Source: Oligoflexales bacterium (GTDB taxonomy: Bacteria > Bdellovibrionota_B > Oligoflexia > Oligoflexales > Bog-1112). Taken from it: 64,000 nt of DNA. Within the stretch, counting starts at the first letter, position 1. Each line of letters opens with the position of its first letter. Location of the stretch: positions 43,590 to 107,589 of the forward strand of contig JBGCDR010000177.1 of assembly GCA_045105515.1 (NCBI GenBank), written 5' to 3'. The position numbers and the translations under genes were made by a program. Shown piece after piece: positions 51,201-60,630 of the stretch. The notes below the pieces were generated by a model, which saw only the letters and a list, made by a program, of their open reading frames with translations, did not search any database and was not told where the DNA came from.

Positions 51201-53116
51201 GTCGTTCTTACAAGCAAGAAAGTCCTCTCATTGAGTCGAGGTTTTTGTGGTCAAATATTTTTTTGATCGGAATTTTCGCTTTGCTTACAGTACGCCTTTG
51301 GTATATCCAGATCTATAAGGGTGAAACATACCGGAGGATTTCAGAGAATAACCGGATTCGTCGTATTGAGGTCCCTGCGCCTAGGGGAATGATCTTTGAC
51401 CGGTATGGAAGTGTGGTGCTTGGTAATAGGCCTTTTTTTGACTTGGTCTATATCCCTCAGTATGTCAAGGAAACTGAAACCACTCTTCAGATATTATCGC
51501 AGCTTTTGCATGAACCAACTGCTAATTTTGAGCGCATGCTCCGTGCAAATAGGGGGCGACCAAAGTTTTTACCGACGACTTTGAAGAGAAATTTATCTAT
51601 TCACGAAGTTTCGCTAATTGAAGCGAATAAGGTTTTTTTACCTGGTATCGAAATTAACGTAGCTCCCCGAAGAGATTATAAAGATCATACTCCTGCCCAT
51701 ATCGTTGGTTATATGGGAGAAATAAGCAGTAAAGCATTAAGGGTATGGAATGATAAGCAGCCTGAAAACCCATATCTGCCAGGGGACCTCATTGGTAAGC
51801 AGGGACTTGAATACCGATGGGAGTCTTTGCTGCGGGGAAAAAGAGGTTATCGTTTAATACAGGTTGATGCTTTTGGGCGTCAAACTAGTTTGTTTGAATT
51901 TGAAGGCTGGCATTTACCTATTCGTCCAGCTGTACCTGGCTCTGATCTGATTCTGACATTGGATATGGAATTACAAAAAGCAGCAGAGAAGGCTTTTCAA
52001 GGTAAGTATGGTGCAGTTGTAGTTTTAGATCCTCAGACTGGTGAAATTTTAGCTTTGATCAGTTCACCTGGTTATAACCCAGCAATCTACCAAGAAGGCC
52101 TTAGTGTAGATAAGTGGCAATCTTTAATATCGGATCCATTCAAACCACTTTTTGATAAGACTACAGGAGGAAGCTTTCCACCGGGGAGCTTGTACAAGCC
52201 TGTCGTGGCATTTGCTGCACTTGGAGAAGGGATCATAAAGGCAGGCTCAACTTTTCCATGTGGAGGAGCCTTTGAACTTGGAAGGGATGTTTTCCATTGT
52301 CATCATCGGGGTGGACATGGGCAAGTAGACTTACGGAAAGCCTTGGTCAAGTCATGTGATATCTTTTTTTATAATGTTGGAGTTGAGCTAGGGGCAGATA
52401 AAATTGCAAAGTATGCCATGGACCTCGGCTTAGGCGAAAAGCTAGGGGTTCGGTTAAATAAAGAGGATCCTGGATTGATTCCTACTAATGCATGGAAAAA
52501 AATGACAACGAAGATGGCTTGGGCTTTAGGAGATATTCCCCCTCTCTCTATTGGTCAGGGTGCCAATCTACTAACTCCTGTGCAAATAGCAAGCCTCTAT
52601 GGAACCATCGCAAATGGTGGAAAAATTTGGCGACCATTTGTTGTGCGCAAGGTGGTTAATCATGTAGGTGAAACCGTACTTGAGCATAAGCCCGAGTTGC
52701 TTCATACCTCTAAATTGGTTACCCAGGCTCAGTTTAAATTGATGCGTAGTATGCTTAGGGATGTGGTGATGTCATCTGAGGGTACTGGTAGGAGAGCTAG
52801 GGTAGCAGAAGCTGAGGTTGCTGGAAAAACAGGCTCAGTACAGGTGGTGAGCCTCAAAAAAAATCGAAGCCGTAAAACTTCCACGGTGAGCATGAAATGG
52901 CAAGAACATGCTATGTTTGCTGCATTTTCTCCAGTGGAAAACGCTAAGATAGCAGTGGCAATTGTCAGTGAAAACGATCGAGTCGGAGGGGGGGGATCTT
53001 CTGCCGCTCCCGTCGCAAAAAAAATAATCGAAGCTTTTTGGCGCTTAAGAAAAACGCGAGAAAAGCCTTCGCAACTGAACATTTCTGCTAGACCTAAACC
53101 AAACAAGCTTCGCTGA
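51197..53116 (+). CDS. mrdA: penicillin-binding protein 2
   Basis: APRG.IFDR dimerisation domain, SLYK, SCD, KTGS. Confidence 0.95.
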   Translation: MSRSYKQESPLIESRFLWSNIFLIGIFALLTVRLWYIQIYKGETYRRISENNRIRRIEVPAPRGMIFDRYGSVVLGNRPFFDLVYIPQYVKETETTLQILSQLLHEPTANFERMLRANRGRPKFLPTTLKRNLSIHEVSLIEANKVFLPGIEINVAPRRDYKDHTPAHIVGYMGEISSKALRVWNDKQPENPYLPGDLIGKQGLEYRWESLLRGKRGYRLIQVDAFGRQTSLFEFEGWHLPIRPAVPGSDLILTLDMELQKAAEKAFQGKYGAVVVLDPQTGEILALISSPGYNPAIYQEGLSVDKWQSLISDPFKPLFDKTTGGSFPPGSLYKPVVAFAALGEGIIKAGSTFPCGGAFELGRDVFHCHHRGGHGQVDLRKALVKSCDIFFYNVGVELGADKIAKYAMDLGLGEKLGVRLNKEDPGLIPTNAWKKMTTKMAWALGDIPPLSIGQGANLLTPVQIASLYGTIANGGKIWRPFVVRKVVNHVGETVLEHKPELLHTSKLVTQAQFKLMRSMLRDVVMSSEGTGRRARVAEAEVAGKTGSVQVVSLKKNRSRKTSTVSMKWQEHAMFAAFSPVENAKIAVAIVSENDRVGGGGSSAAPVAKKIIEAFWRLRKTREKPSQLNISARPKPNKLR

Positions 53117-53131
53117 AACGGGATTCCTAAT

Positions 53132-54250
53132 ATGGCACAAAGTAAAAGCAGCTTTCACAGCGGCCTCCTGACCCTCATATTCTTGGTTCTTATGACGATT
53201 GGTATGGCTAATCTTTATTCTGCTGGAGCCGAAAGCATATACTTTGGAGCACAGCTTAGACACATGTTTGTAGGCCTGTTTTTCTATATTTTATTTGGGT
53301 GGTTTATCCCAGTAAAACACGTCAATACTTATGCTTACCTTTTCTTCGCACTAATTTCTATTTCTCTTCTGGTTGTTTTGATTTTGGGTCATACAGCAGG
53401 TGGAGCCCAAAGGTGGATTATTATTGGACCGATAAGGTTTCAACCTTCTGAATTTGCAAAGCTCGCAGTTGCCATTGTGGTCTCAAAGTTTTTCTATCAC
53501 AATCGCAGTCTTCATGCTTATGGCTTGGAGGAAATTTGGCCAATTTTAGCTATGATAGGAATGACCTTTGCCCTTATATTTAAACAGCCTGACTTCGGAA
53601 CAGCTGGGATTTGCTTACTCATTGGTATGAGTCAATTGGCATTTATTCGAATTCGCATCGGCTACCGAACTGTACTGAGCTTGCTTGTTTCTGCATTAGT
53701 CCTGGCCTTCGTGGGTTGGAATTTTTTATTAAGACCTTACCAAAAGTTAAGGATCCTAAACTTGCTTAATCCAAACATGGATCCAAGTGGCTCTGGTTAT
53801 AATTCGCTGCAATCTTTGGTTGCGATTGGTAGTGGGATGCAGTTTGGTAAGGGATTCTTACAGGGAACACAAACCCAGCTACAATTCCTACCTGCTCGGC
53901 ACACTGATTTTATCTTTTCTGTGTTTGCTGAAGAGCATGGTTTTTGGGGATCAACCTTGATCTTTTTATTATTTATTTCTATAGCATATATTGCATTGGA
54001 GATAGCACGTGATTCTCGCGATTGCTTTAATGGTCTTCTAGCTATAGGAGTTGCTGCCATCATAACTGTGGAGTTTACTCTAAATGTAGCAATGGTCTTA
54101 GGTTTATTTCCTGTGGTTGGTATGCCTCTTCCATTTTTTTCATACGGAGGTTCAGCATTGCTGACCGTGTGTATATCGATTGGTGTACTTGTGGCTATTG
54201 ACCGAGAAAACGCAAAAGGATCAAAGTCGCGTCGCTTGGAAGCCATATAA
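53132..54250 (+). CDS. rodA: SEDS peptidoglycan glycosyltransferase RodA
   Basis: GAQRW, QPSEFAK, QPDFGT, HTDFIF, LPFFSYGGS. Confidence 0.95.
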   Translation: MAQSKSSFHSGLLTLIFLVLMTIGMANLYSAGAESIYFGAQLRHMFVGLFFYILFGWFIPVKHVNTYAYLFFALISISLLVVLILGHTAGGAQRWIIIGPIRFQPSEFAKLAVAIVVSKFFYHNRSLHAYGLEEIWPILAMIGMTFALIFKQPDFGTAGICLLIGMSQLAFIRIRIGYRTVLSLLVSALVLAFVGWNFLLRPYQKLRILNLLNPNMDPSGSGYNSLQSLVAIGSGMQFGKGFLQGTQTQLQFLPARHTDFIFSVFAEEHGFWGSTLIFLLFISIAYIALEIARDSRDCFNGLLAIGVAAIITVEFTLNVAMVLGLFPVVGMPLPFFSYGGSALLTVCISIGVLVAIDRENAKGSKSRRLEAI

Positions 54251-54288
54251 GCATTGGCTTGTTTGATGAACCTGAGTAGGAAACGCTT

Positions 54289-55302
54289 ATGGAAAACCCA
54301 AAGAAACTGATTGAATTGAAAAGTCTGCTTACTAAAGCAAGAGAGAATGGCAATCCTAGAGTTTTTCTTGAATCTTATATTTTTAGAGGCTTGCAAGAAC
54401 CTTATTTAAGCAAGCTCAAGGAAAGAGGATTTGAGTGTTATCGAGGAAAGGTCAGAGAATGTTTAAGTAAAAAAGATTGCATTTACCTGATTCACACCGA
54501 TAAGTTGTCGGCATTTGACCGTTTTATTACTCATGTTCCATTTAAAGGTATCCTATTAGCGGCAATTAGCCGTTATTGGTATCAGAGTATTGGAGATGTG
54601 ATAAATCATGCATTTCTAAATAGCCATCATCCTAGGGTCTTGGAAATGAAGAAGCTTCGCCCAGTCAAAGTGGAAGTGATTGTAAGGGCCTACCTTGCAG
54701 GAAGTATGCTCCGATCCTATCAAGCAGGAGCGAGAAGTTTCTGTGGGCAGAAACTCCCTGATGGATTAAGAGCTTTCGACCAACTGCCTACACCGATTGT
54801 TACCCCAACTACTAAGGCTGATACTTTTGAACATGATGAAAATTTATCTCCTTCTGAGCTGATTCATGCTGGTCTTGTAGCTAGTGAAGCTGTTTGGAGA
54901 GAAATAGAAGAGAAAGCTTTGGAGTTGTTTCGCTTAGGTAGTCAAAGGTATGCTCAGTGTGGGTGGATTCTGGTGGATACTAAGTATGAGTTTGGTACCG
55001 ATATTGAAGGTCATACTTGCTTGATAGATGAAGTTCATACTCCAGATTCTTCAAGGCTATGGAAACTCGATTCTTATAGAGAGCGTATGGAACAAAGTTT
55101 ATCTCCCGAAATGTTTGATAAAGAGATTGTCCGGAGGTATTTGCTTGAGCATGGGTTTACTGGAGAGGGGGCCATACCTCCTGTCCCATACTCTTTGATT
55201 ATAAATTTGCTGGAATCTTATTTGAGCATTTATGAAAGCCTAGTGGGGGAAAATTTGGTTTTTAAAGAAATAGGTTTAGAAGAAGCTATATGCTTTACCT
55301 AG
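54289..55302 (+). CDS. purC: SAICAR synthase
   Basis: GKVRE, DKLSAFD, TPTTKA, DTKYEFG, DEVHTPDSSR, DKE. Confidence 0.92.
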   Translation: MENPKKLIELKSLLTKARENGNPRVFLESYIFRGLQEPYLSKLKERGFECYRGKVRECLSKKDCIYLIHTDKLSAFDRFITHVPFKGILLAAISRYWYQSIGDVINHAFLNSHHPRVLEMKKLRPVKVEVIVRAYLAGSMLRSYQAGARSFCGQKLPDGLRAFDQLPTPIVTPTTKADTFEHDENLSPSELIHAGLVASEAVWREIEEKALELFRLGSQRYAQCGWILVDTKYEFGTDIEGHTCLIDEVHTPDSSRLWKLDSYRERMEQSLSPEMFDKEIVRRYLLEHGFTGEGAIPPVPYSLIINLLESYLSIYESLVGENLVFKEIGLEEAICFT

Positions 55303-55388
55303 TAAGATAAAAGTCAAGAAGAATGAAAGGCTAAGCTTCAGGGTATATCCTCCCTTTTACAAAGTCTCTTATGCAAGTTTGGTGGTTT

Positions 55389-56834
55389 TCATTGTGGCAA
55401 AAGGGAGAGGATCTCAGGAGCTAATGAGTCTTTGAGGTTTTTGGTCTCATACATTTTTTCGCTAATATTTTGCATCTGTTCTGTCCATTGATCTTTCTTA
55501 GAGAAAATTTCATAGGCGCGATCTATCAAAAAGTCTCCATTTGCTGGGCCATTGTTTGAAAATTCGCTAAAAAAGTGAGCCAAGTCGTTAGCTCCATCCA
55601 ATTCACTATAGAGGTATTGAGCAAAATATTTATGAAAATCTGTTTTCCAATGCATTATCTGATAGAAAGGAATCTTTCCATATTGTAGACCTTCGGATAG
55701 TGACTGGTCTCCAGTGAGCCCAGAAAATTCATGACTCATCTGCAAAAGGCTAAGCATATTTTCTTTTGCAAGGGGGAAAGGGTTAATAATTCGAACAATT
55801 GGTCCTTCTGTCTCTTCTATGCTAAGACCTTTTTCTTTAGGAACTTTATAATACTCAAGCTTTAGATCTGCCAAAATTGGCTTAATTCTGTCGGCTAATC
55901 GATGCGAGCTTTGGGCAAGAGAATTCAATAAATTTTTAATCTCATTGAATTGAGCTTCTGAAGCCGGAATAACAATGTTTACTTCAAGCTTTTGACCACG
56001 TTCAATGGAGTCGAAAATCCCAATCAAGCTTGATAAAGAGGCGAAGTTTACTAAATTACTCCAGCTGCCTTTCTGCTCATTGTTTGCTTCGCGATTGAAG
56101 TAGCCAAAAAACAGGTTTTGCTTGTTCCAGTTAGTGCTATTTAACAGAGCCCGCAAACCACTATCTGAATCACTGATTGAGCTAGTGTCTGTAAACGCAA
56201 AAAATTGAGGGCTCTCTATGAAAATTCCTAGTCGGCCTTCTCGAAGTCCAGTTTCAAATAAAGTTAAGTCAGGCCTTACAATTTTTTCTTTTTCCGATTC
56301 CTTAAAGTCATACTCAGTACAACGAACATATTCTGCCTCAAAAGAATCGAGAAAATTAACGTCTGAAGGCTCCAAATAGTGAAAGGTAGGAAAGGAAATA
56401 AAGACTTTTGCTTTAGAGATTGCGGCAACCACCTTCGGCATTCTTATTGCTTGCCAATCATTGATGATCAAAGTCGGGACATTAGGTGGGATTAAACCAT
56501 AGGCATTGAATTTAAATCCTTCACTGCGGATTACCCATGAGTAGTCTACAGCCTTGCCATGCTCCACCGCATGCTCGCGAATATTGCTAAGCAATTTGCT
56601 TGCTGCGCTCGTATCTCCCAGGGTTGTTCCTGGAGAGTCCGTATAGAAAACAATGTCGGCAGAAGACTTACCTGGAAAATTTATTGGTAAATCATCGTCG
56701 AACAAGTTGTAAATCTTTTTAGAAATTGTTCCATCATCTCTTTTTGTAATTAATAATCCAGAATTAGGTCTAGGACTTTGTTCAATACAAGCTGAGAAAA
56801 ATAGTACAATAGATAAAAAATATGCCGGCTTCAT
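55389..56834 (-). CDS. lipoprotein with GT-B glycosyltransferase fold, distantly EarP-like
   Basis: Lipobox FSAC; DIVF...LGD..A.KL, EY, TGL...LGIF, TGDQSLSEG...KIPFYQ. Confidence 0.55.
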   Translation of the reverse strand: MKPAYFLSIVLFFSACIEQSPRPNSGLLITKRDDGTISKKIYNLFDDDLPINFPGKSSADIVFYTDSPGTTLGDTSAASKLLSNIREHAVEHGKAVDYSWVIRSEGFKFNAYGLIPPNVPTLIINDWQAIRMPKVVAAISKAKVFISFPTFHYLEPSDVNFLDSFEAEYVRCTEYDFKESEKEKIVRPDLTLFETGLREGRLGIFIESPQFFAFTDTSSISDSDSGLRALLNSTNWNKQNLFFGYFNREANNEQKGSWSNLVNFASLSSLIGIFDSIERGQKLEVNIVIPASEAQFNEIKNLLNSLAQSSHRLADRIKPILADLKLEYYKVPKEKGLSIEETEGPIVRIINPFPLAKENMLSLLQMSHEFSGLTGDQSLSEGLQYGKIPFYQIMHWKTDFHKYFAQYLYSELDGANDLAHFFSEFSNNGPANGDFLIDRAYEIFSKKDQWTEQMQNISEKMYETKNLKDSLAPEILSLLPQ

Positions 56835-57203
56835 TGGTGACCTTTTTTATTACTTAAAAAGTTGGTTTTAAGTAGACTTTAGGACATATACTATATAACC
56901 GGAAGATTTCCAGTAAAAAATTGCATGAATTTAAACTTCTATCTCTCAATGGATTTCTTGGGCTTTGACCGAAATCTTTAGCGCCTATAATACCGATAGT
57001 TTGGCTTATATGCTATTTTTTATGAGGCATATTCTCCGACCAACTCAAGATAGTAGATTGGGCTTGGCCTAAAATTTTTAAGTTTAGTTCATTTCACTAT
57101 AAAATAAGTTCAAATTGAATTCAGTTTTCTCTACTATTGAACTCATTCTTCATCCGCTGGCGAGAGATTTCGAGATGGGATTGAGGATCTAAAGAAGATT
57201 TTA

Positions 57204-57230
57204 TAAAGTTCTAGAAATCCCATCCGATAA
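57204..57230 (+). promoter_or_regulatory. sigma28 (FliA)-type promoter of the lipoprotein operon
   Basis: TAAAGTT...TCCGATAA with exact TAAA-N15 spacing, 71 nt before ATG 57302. Confidence 0.7.
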
Positions 57231-57301
57231 TCCATGCATACCTGTGCGGTTTGCTGCAAATTAAGTGAATCGTTTACTTCAGAGAATTTTGAAAGGACGA
57301 T

Positions 57302-58201
57302 ATGCTGCCAAAAGCTGTCAACATCCTGAATATACTTGCTATAATTGGTATGCTGGGTGCCTGTAAGATTCCCAAGTCAGAACAATCGGCGGAAAACCAA
57401 GGCCCAGAGAAAAAATCCAAAAAGGCTACAGAAACAGAGTTCAAGATAGCTTCCAATGCCAAGGTTGCACCTCCGCTGAGTCCATTTTCCAACTCAGAGC
57501 TCGACCTCTACAATATGAGTCAAGGTGAGCTGCAAAGGGTACCTCCCTCAGATTTAATTCGTGAGATTGAAAAACTAGAAGTCCGCAACAATTCTGAAAA
57601 GGTCGAGTTATATGAACTCCAGAAATTTAATGCTGTACTTTGTCAACGACTTGCTTTGCTTAAGCGTGAATGTGTTGCTCAACTTTATATTACCAATGAC
57701 CATGGACTTGATGGCCTAAGTTGCACAGGAAATGCAAAGGAACCAGAAGCAGAAGCTGAGATTCGTATTCAGATAGTTGGAGGCCAAGACAATACCTACA
57801 TACTCTTGGCGGATTCGGTCTATGTTACAAATGAGTTTAATGCGAGTTCCAAGGCTCCTGTCGAGTTTAAACGACGTGACAACAAGATTGTTAAACCCCC
57901 TCGTTTCCGAGATATCGAGAGTCTTGATATAATAGCTGTAAAACCTGGAACAGCTCAAATCGTTGATGGGAGACTTGCTATGAAAAAAGATCGAATGCCT
58001 CCCATCGATCAATTGAGCCTAGAGATTTCTGTCAATGGAAGCCCTTTACTTTCTGATTACACCTTGGTAAAGCCTGACGACCCTCACGATGATTGGTATT
58101 ATCGCTTGAATCCAAATGGGATTCTAACTCTCGGGAGGTCGGATAAATGCCAAGTAACGCTAAAAGAACTTAGAGAATTGCAAGAACAGTCTAAGGGCTA
58201 G
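57302..58201 (+). CDS. hypothetical lipoprotein A (coiled coil plus Cys-flanked beta-sandwich)
   Basis: Lipobox LGAC; AAGGA RBS. Confidence 0.75.
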   Translation: MLPKAVNILNILAIIGMLGACKIPKSEQSAENQGPEKKSKKATETEFKIASNAKVAPPLSPFSNSELDLYNMSQGELQRVPPSDLIREIEKLEVRNNSEKVELYELQKFNAVLCQRLALLKRECVAQLYITNDHGLDGLSCTGNAKEPEAEAEIRIQIVGGQDNTYILLADSVYVTNEFNASSKAPVEFKRRDNKIVKPPRFRDIESLDIIAVKPGTAQIVDGRLAMKKDRMPPIDQLSLEISVNGSPLLSDYTLVKPDDPHDDWYYRLNPNGILTLGRSDKCQVTLKELRELQEQSKG

Positions 58202-58215
58202 GACAAGAGGATAAA

Positions 58216-59151
58216 ATGCAGAAGAAGTATATGAAAAAATCATTCTATTGTCCCTGGCTAATTCTATTACAGTCAATTGTTTTCTCTGTAAGTTTGCTGA
58301 GTTGTGACAGTAAAGATAATCCAGTTAAAAGAATAAGTGGAATAGGTTCAGAAGAACAAGAACGCGGTACTGGTAGCTTATCAGATCCTACAGCAGGCTC
58401 CAATTGGTCAGATGGTCAGGGGGGGGATGGAACTAAATTTGTTGACAGCCCTCTTGTTGAAAAGTTTCTAAAGCTTGTTTCAGATATTACGGCAAGATCC
58501 TCAAAGCTCAATCGCGAGCGAGATCGTCGCGGGAAGCTTCGCCTGGTTCTTGGTGCCAATCTTGGAGAGGGATGTATGCAAGATGTTGTTGTTAAGACCC
58601 TCGAAGTTATCGTTGATGGAACTAAGCTTGGTGACATTGATGTAAGTAGTAAATTTAAAGGCAAAGATACACCACCTAAAGAAACAGGGCGCACTATTTT
58701 TGAATTTAGTTTCGGAGATAGCACGTTTTCTTCAGTTCTAAGCTTTAACAATGATGAGGCCAGCAATAATCTATTTGCTGTCGGTACGAGAAAAGCTTGG
58801 ATACCTGCAAGAAATGATTTTACTATAGGGGAGATTCAAAGATTGAAAATCAAGAAATTGAATGCATCTTACGAAGTTACAGATCTATGTGAAGGAGGAA
58901 GTACCTTTTCTTCATGCACTAATATTAATAAAGTAAGCGAAGTAGGACGTTACCATTTAAGTGGCCTCAAGATAAAAGTTAATGGTGCTTTGATTTATGA
59001 AAGAGGCAACATTGGCCATACTTTTGCCAATCACCTGCATGCTAAAGAAAAAGCAAAATCGTTCTCCTTAGGTTTCAGTGATGACCATCTCAATATTAAT
59101 GAGGCATATGTCAAAATGAAGCAAAGAGACGATTGTACTGCCTTGCAATAG
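58216..59151 (+). CDS. hypothetical lipoprotein B (probable paralogue of A)
   Basis: Lipobox LLSC; GAGGA RBS; 14-nt gap from A. Confidence 0.75.
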   Translation: MQKKYMKKSFYCPWLILLQSIVFSVSLLSCDSKDNPVKRISGIGSEEQERGTGSLSDPTAGSNWSDGQGGDGTKFVDSPLVEKFLKLVSDITARSSKLNRERDRRGKLRLVLGANLGEGCMQDVVVKTLEVIVDGTKLGDIDVSSKFKGKDTPPKETGRTIFEFSFGDSTFSSVLSFNNDEASNNLFAVGTRKAWIPARNDFTIGEIQRLKIKKLNASYEVTDLCEGGSTFSSCTNINKVSEVGRYHLSGLKIKVNGALIYERGNIGHTFANHLHAKEKAKSFSLGFSDDHLNINEAYVKMKQRDDCTALQ

Positions 59152-59165
59152 GTGAGGATGATCGT

Positions 59166-60446
59166 ATGAAGTGTAATAAAGTCATTCTTTTTCCAATACT
59201 TTTTCTTTTAGTTAATTGCCTCCCTAAAAGAGATAAAGATATTCATGAGCCGCGCGACAACCTATCCCCTGATGAGAAATCTTTGGTTGAGGACCATCAA
59301 GTCTATGCACTCAATAATGTTCGCGAACCAGTCGATGCTAATGAGTTGTTGATTTACCGTGCCACCTTAGCTCGCACCGAACTTGGTGAAGTCTTGGTTC
59401 CTAAACTTAATTTTGGAGTTGATATAAGGTCTGACTATGTTGAATGGCAGGCTTGTCCATATGCTCTTGAGATCTCATGCCTGCAAGGTACAACAATGCA
59501 ATCTGAGCTTTATTTAAGTATAGTAGAACCTGATCAATACACCGTCACCTTAAAAGCATGTGTAAATCCAAAAAGGTCTATAAAACCTGAAAAAAATTGT
59601 GGTCCTACTTATACACTAAATTGGCAGCAAGATAAGACGTACTCGCCAAAAATAGAGTCTCAGATTGGAGAGTTACTAAGTAAAGAACACGATATCTATG
59701 CTTTAGGTGAAAAGCTTCATGAAATATTGAAGCAATTTAGAGCAGAGCTGAAGTTTTGTTTGAAAACTGCTGGTAGAATATCAATTGATGCCGAAAAACT
59801 TGTATCTATTATAAATGAGGAAATAGAAAAGCAGTTAGAAAATTTACTTAATATGGGACCAAAATTTATAGCTGAGCACATGAGCTTGGTAGACCCTCAA
59901 GCAGAAGACGAAGAACTTGCTGCAATTGCCGAAGCTACTTTAGTTGTTGATGGTGATTCTTATTCTCCAAAAGGTCTTTCATTGAGCCAGGAAAGTATTA
60001 GTCATAAGATAGATACCTACTTTGATAAAATTGATACAAGGCTTCTAAAGAACTATCAAATTTTTCCAAATATTAGTGTAACTGAGCTTATAAAGGCAAA
60101 TAGCGGTATTTTTCTCTTTGCTAATCGTAAGCAAGCAGAAAATGGGACAAAGAAATTCACTCGCAAAGAATTTGCAATGCTTTCATCTCGGGAACGCTCA
60201 GCAGCAATTGGGGGCGCATTGCTTCAAAGTGATAAATTAAATTTAACTACCAATTACCAAAGGGAAAGTTATGGTTCAGCTCAGATAATTAAAGCAATGA
60301 TGTGGCTAAAAAAACCCTCGTCTTATGAATGCCAAGCATTTGATCGCGTTGAAAAAACTCTTGAAAAGACTCGTGAACAACTAAAGCTCCTAAGAAAACG
60401 AATCATGGAATTAAAAGCCATCCTATTAAATTCTAAATCACAGTAA
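59166..60446 (+). CDS. hypothetical lipoprotein C (Cys-rich Ig/Fn3-like domain plus long helices)
   Basis: ATG 59166 with GAGGA RBS; lipobox LVNC; four Cys in a beta-rich segment; C-terminal coiled coil. Confidence 0.7.
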   Translation: MKCNKVILFPILFLLVNCLPKRDKDIHEPRDNLSPDEKSLVEDHQVYALNNVREPVDANELLIYRATLARTELGEVLVPKLNFGVDIRSDYVEWQACPYALEISCLQGTTMQSELYLSIVEPDQYTVTLKACVNPKRSIKPEKNCGPTYTLNWQQDKTYSPKIESQIGELLSKEHDIYALGEKLHEILKQFRAELKFCLKTAGRISIDAEKLVSIINEEIEKQLENLLNMGPKFIAEHMSLVDPQAEDEELAAIAEATLVVDGDSYSPKGLSLSQESISHKIDTYFDKIDTRLLKNYQIFPNISVTELIKANSGIFLFANRKQAENGTKKFTRKEFAMLSSRERSAAIGGALLQSDKLNLTTNYQRESYGSAQIIKAMMWLKKPSSYECQAFDRVEKTLEKTREQLKLLRKRIMELKAILLNSKSQ

Positions 60447-60630
60447 ATGCATAAATTGATAAATAAAAATCAATCAGTAATAATGCAGGCATTCACTTAG
60501 AATACAAAGAATTCATTTAAACCCAGTCTTGTAACATCGATTTAGACTTAATTTCCGATAAGTTTTTTGATCTTCGGATCACGCTTAAAATCTAGTGATA
60601 TTTATTTATTTCTACAGGAGGCAAAGGTAG

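Noticed and set aside
53797..54396. 199-aa antisense ORF over rodA
   Set aside because: Shadow ORF of a conserved gene with no motifs; the same applies to the other antisense ORFs over acs, pdh, fabF, the antiporter, mreBC and mrdA
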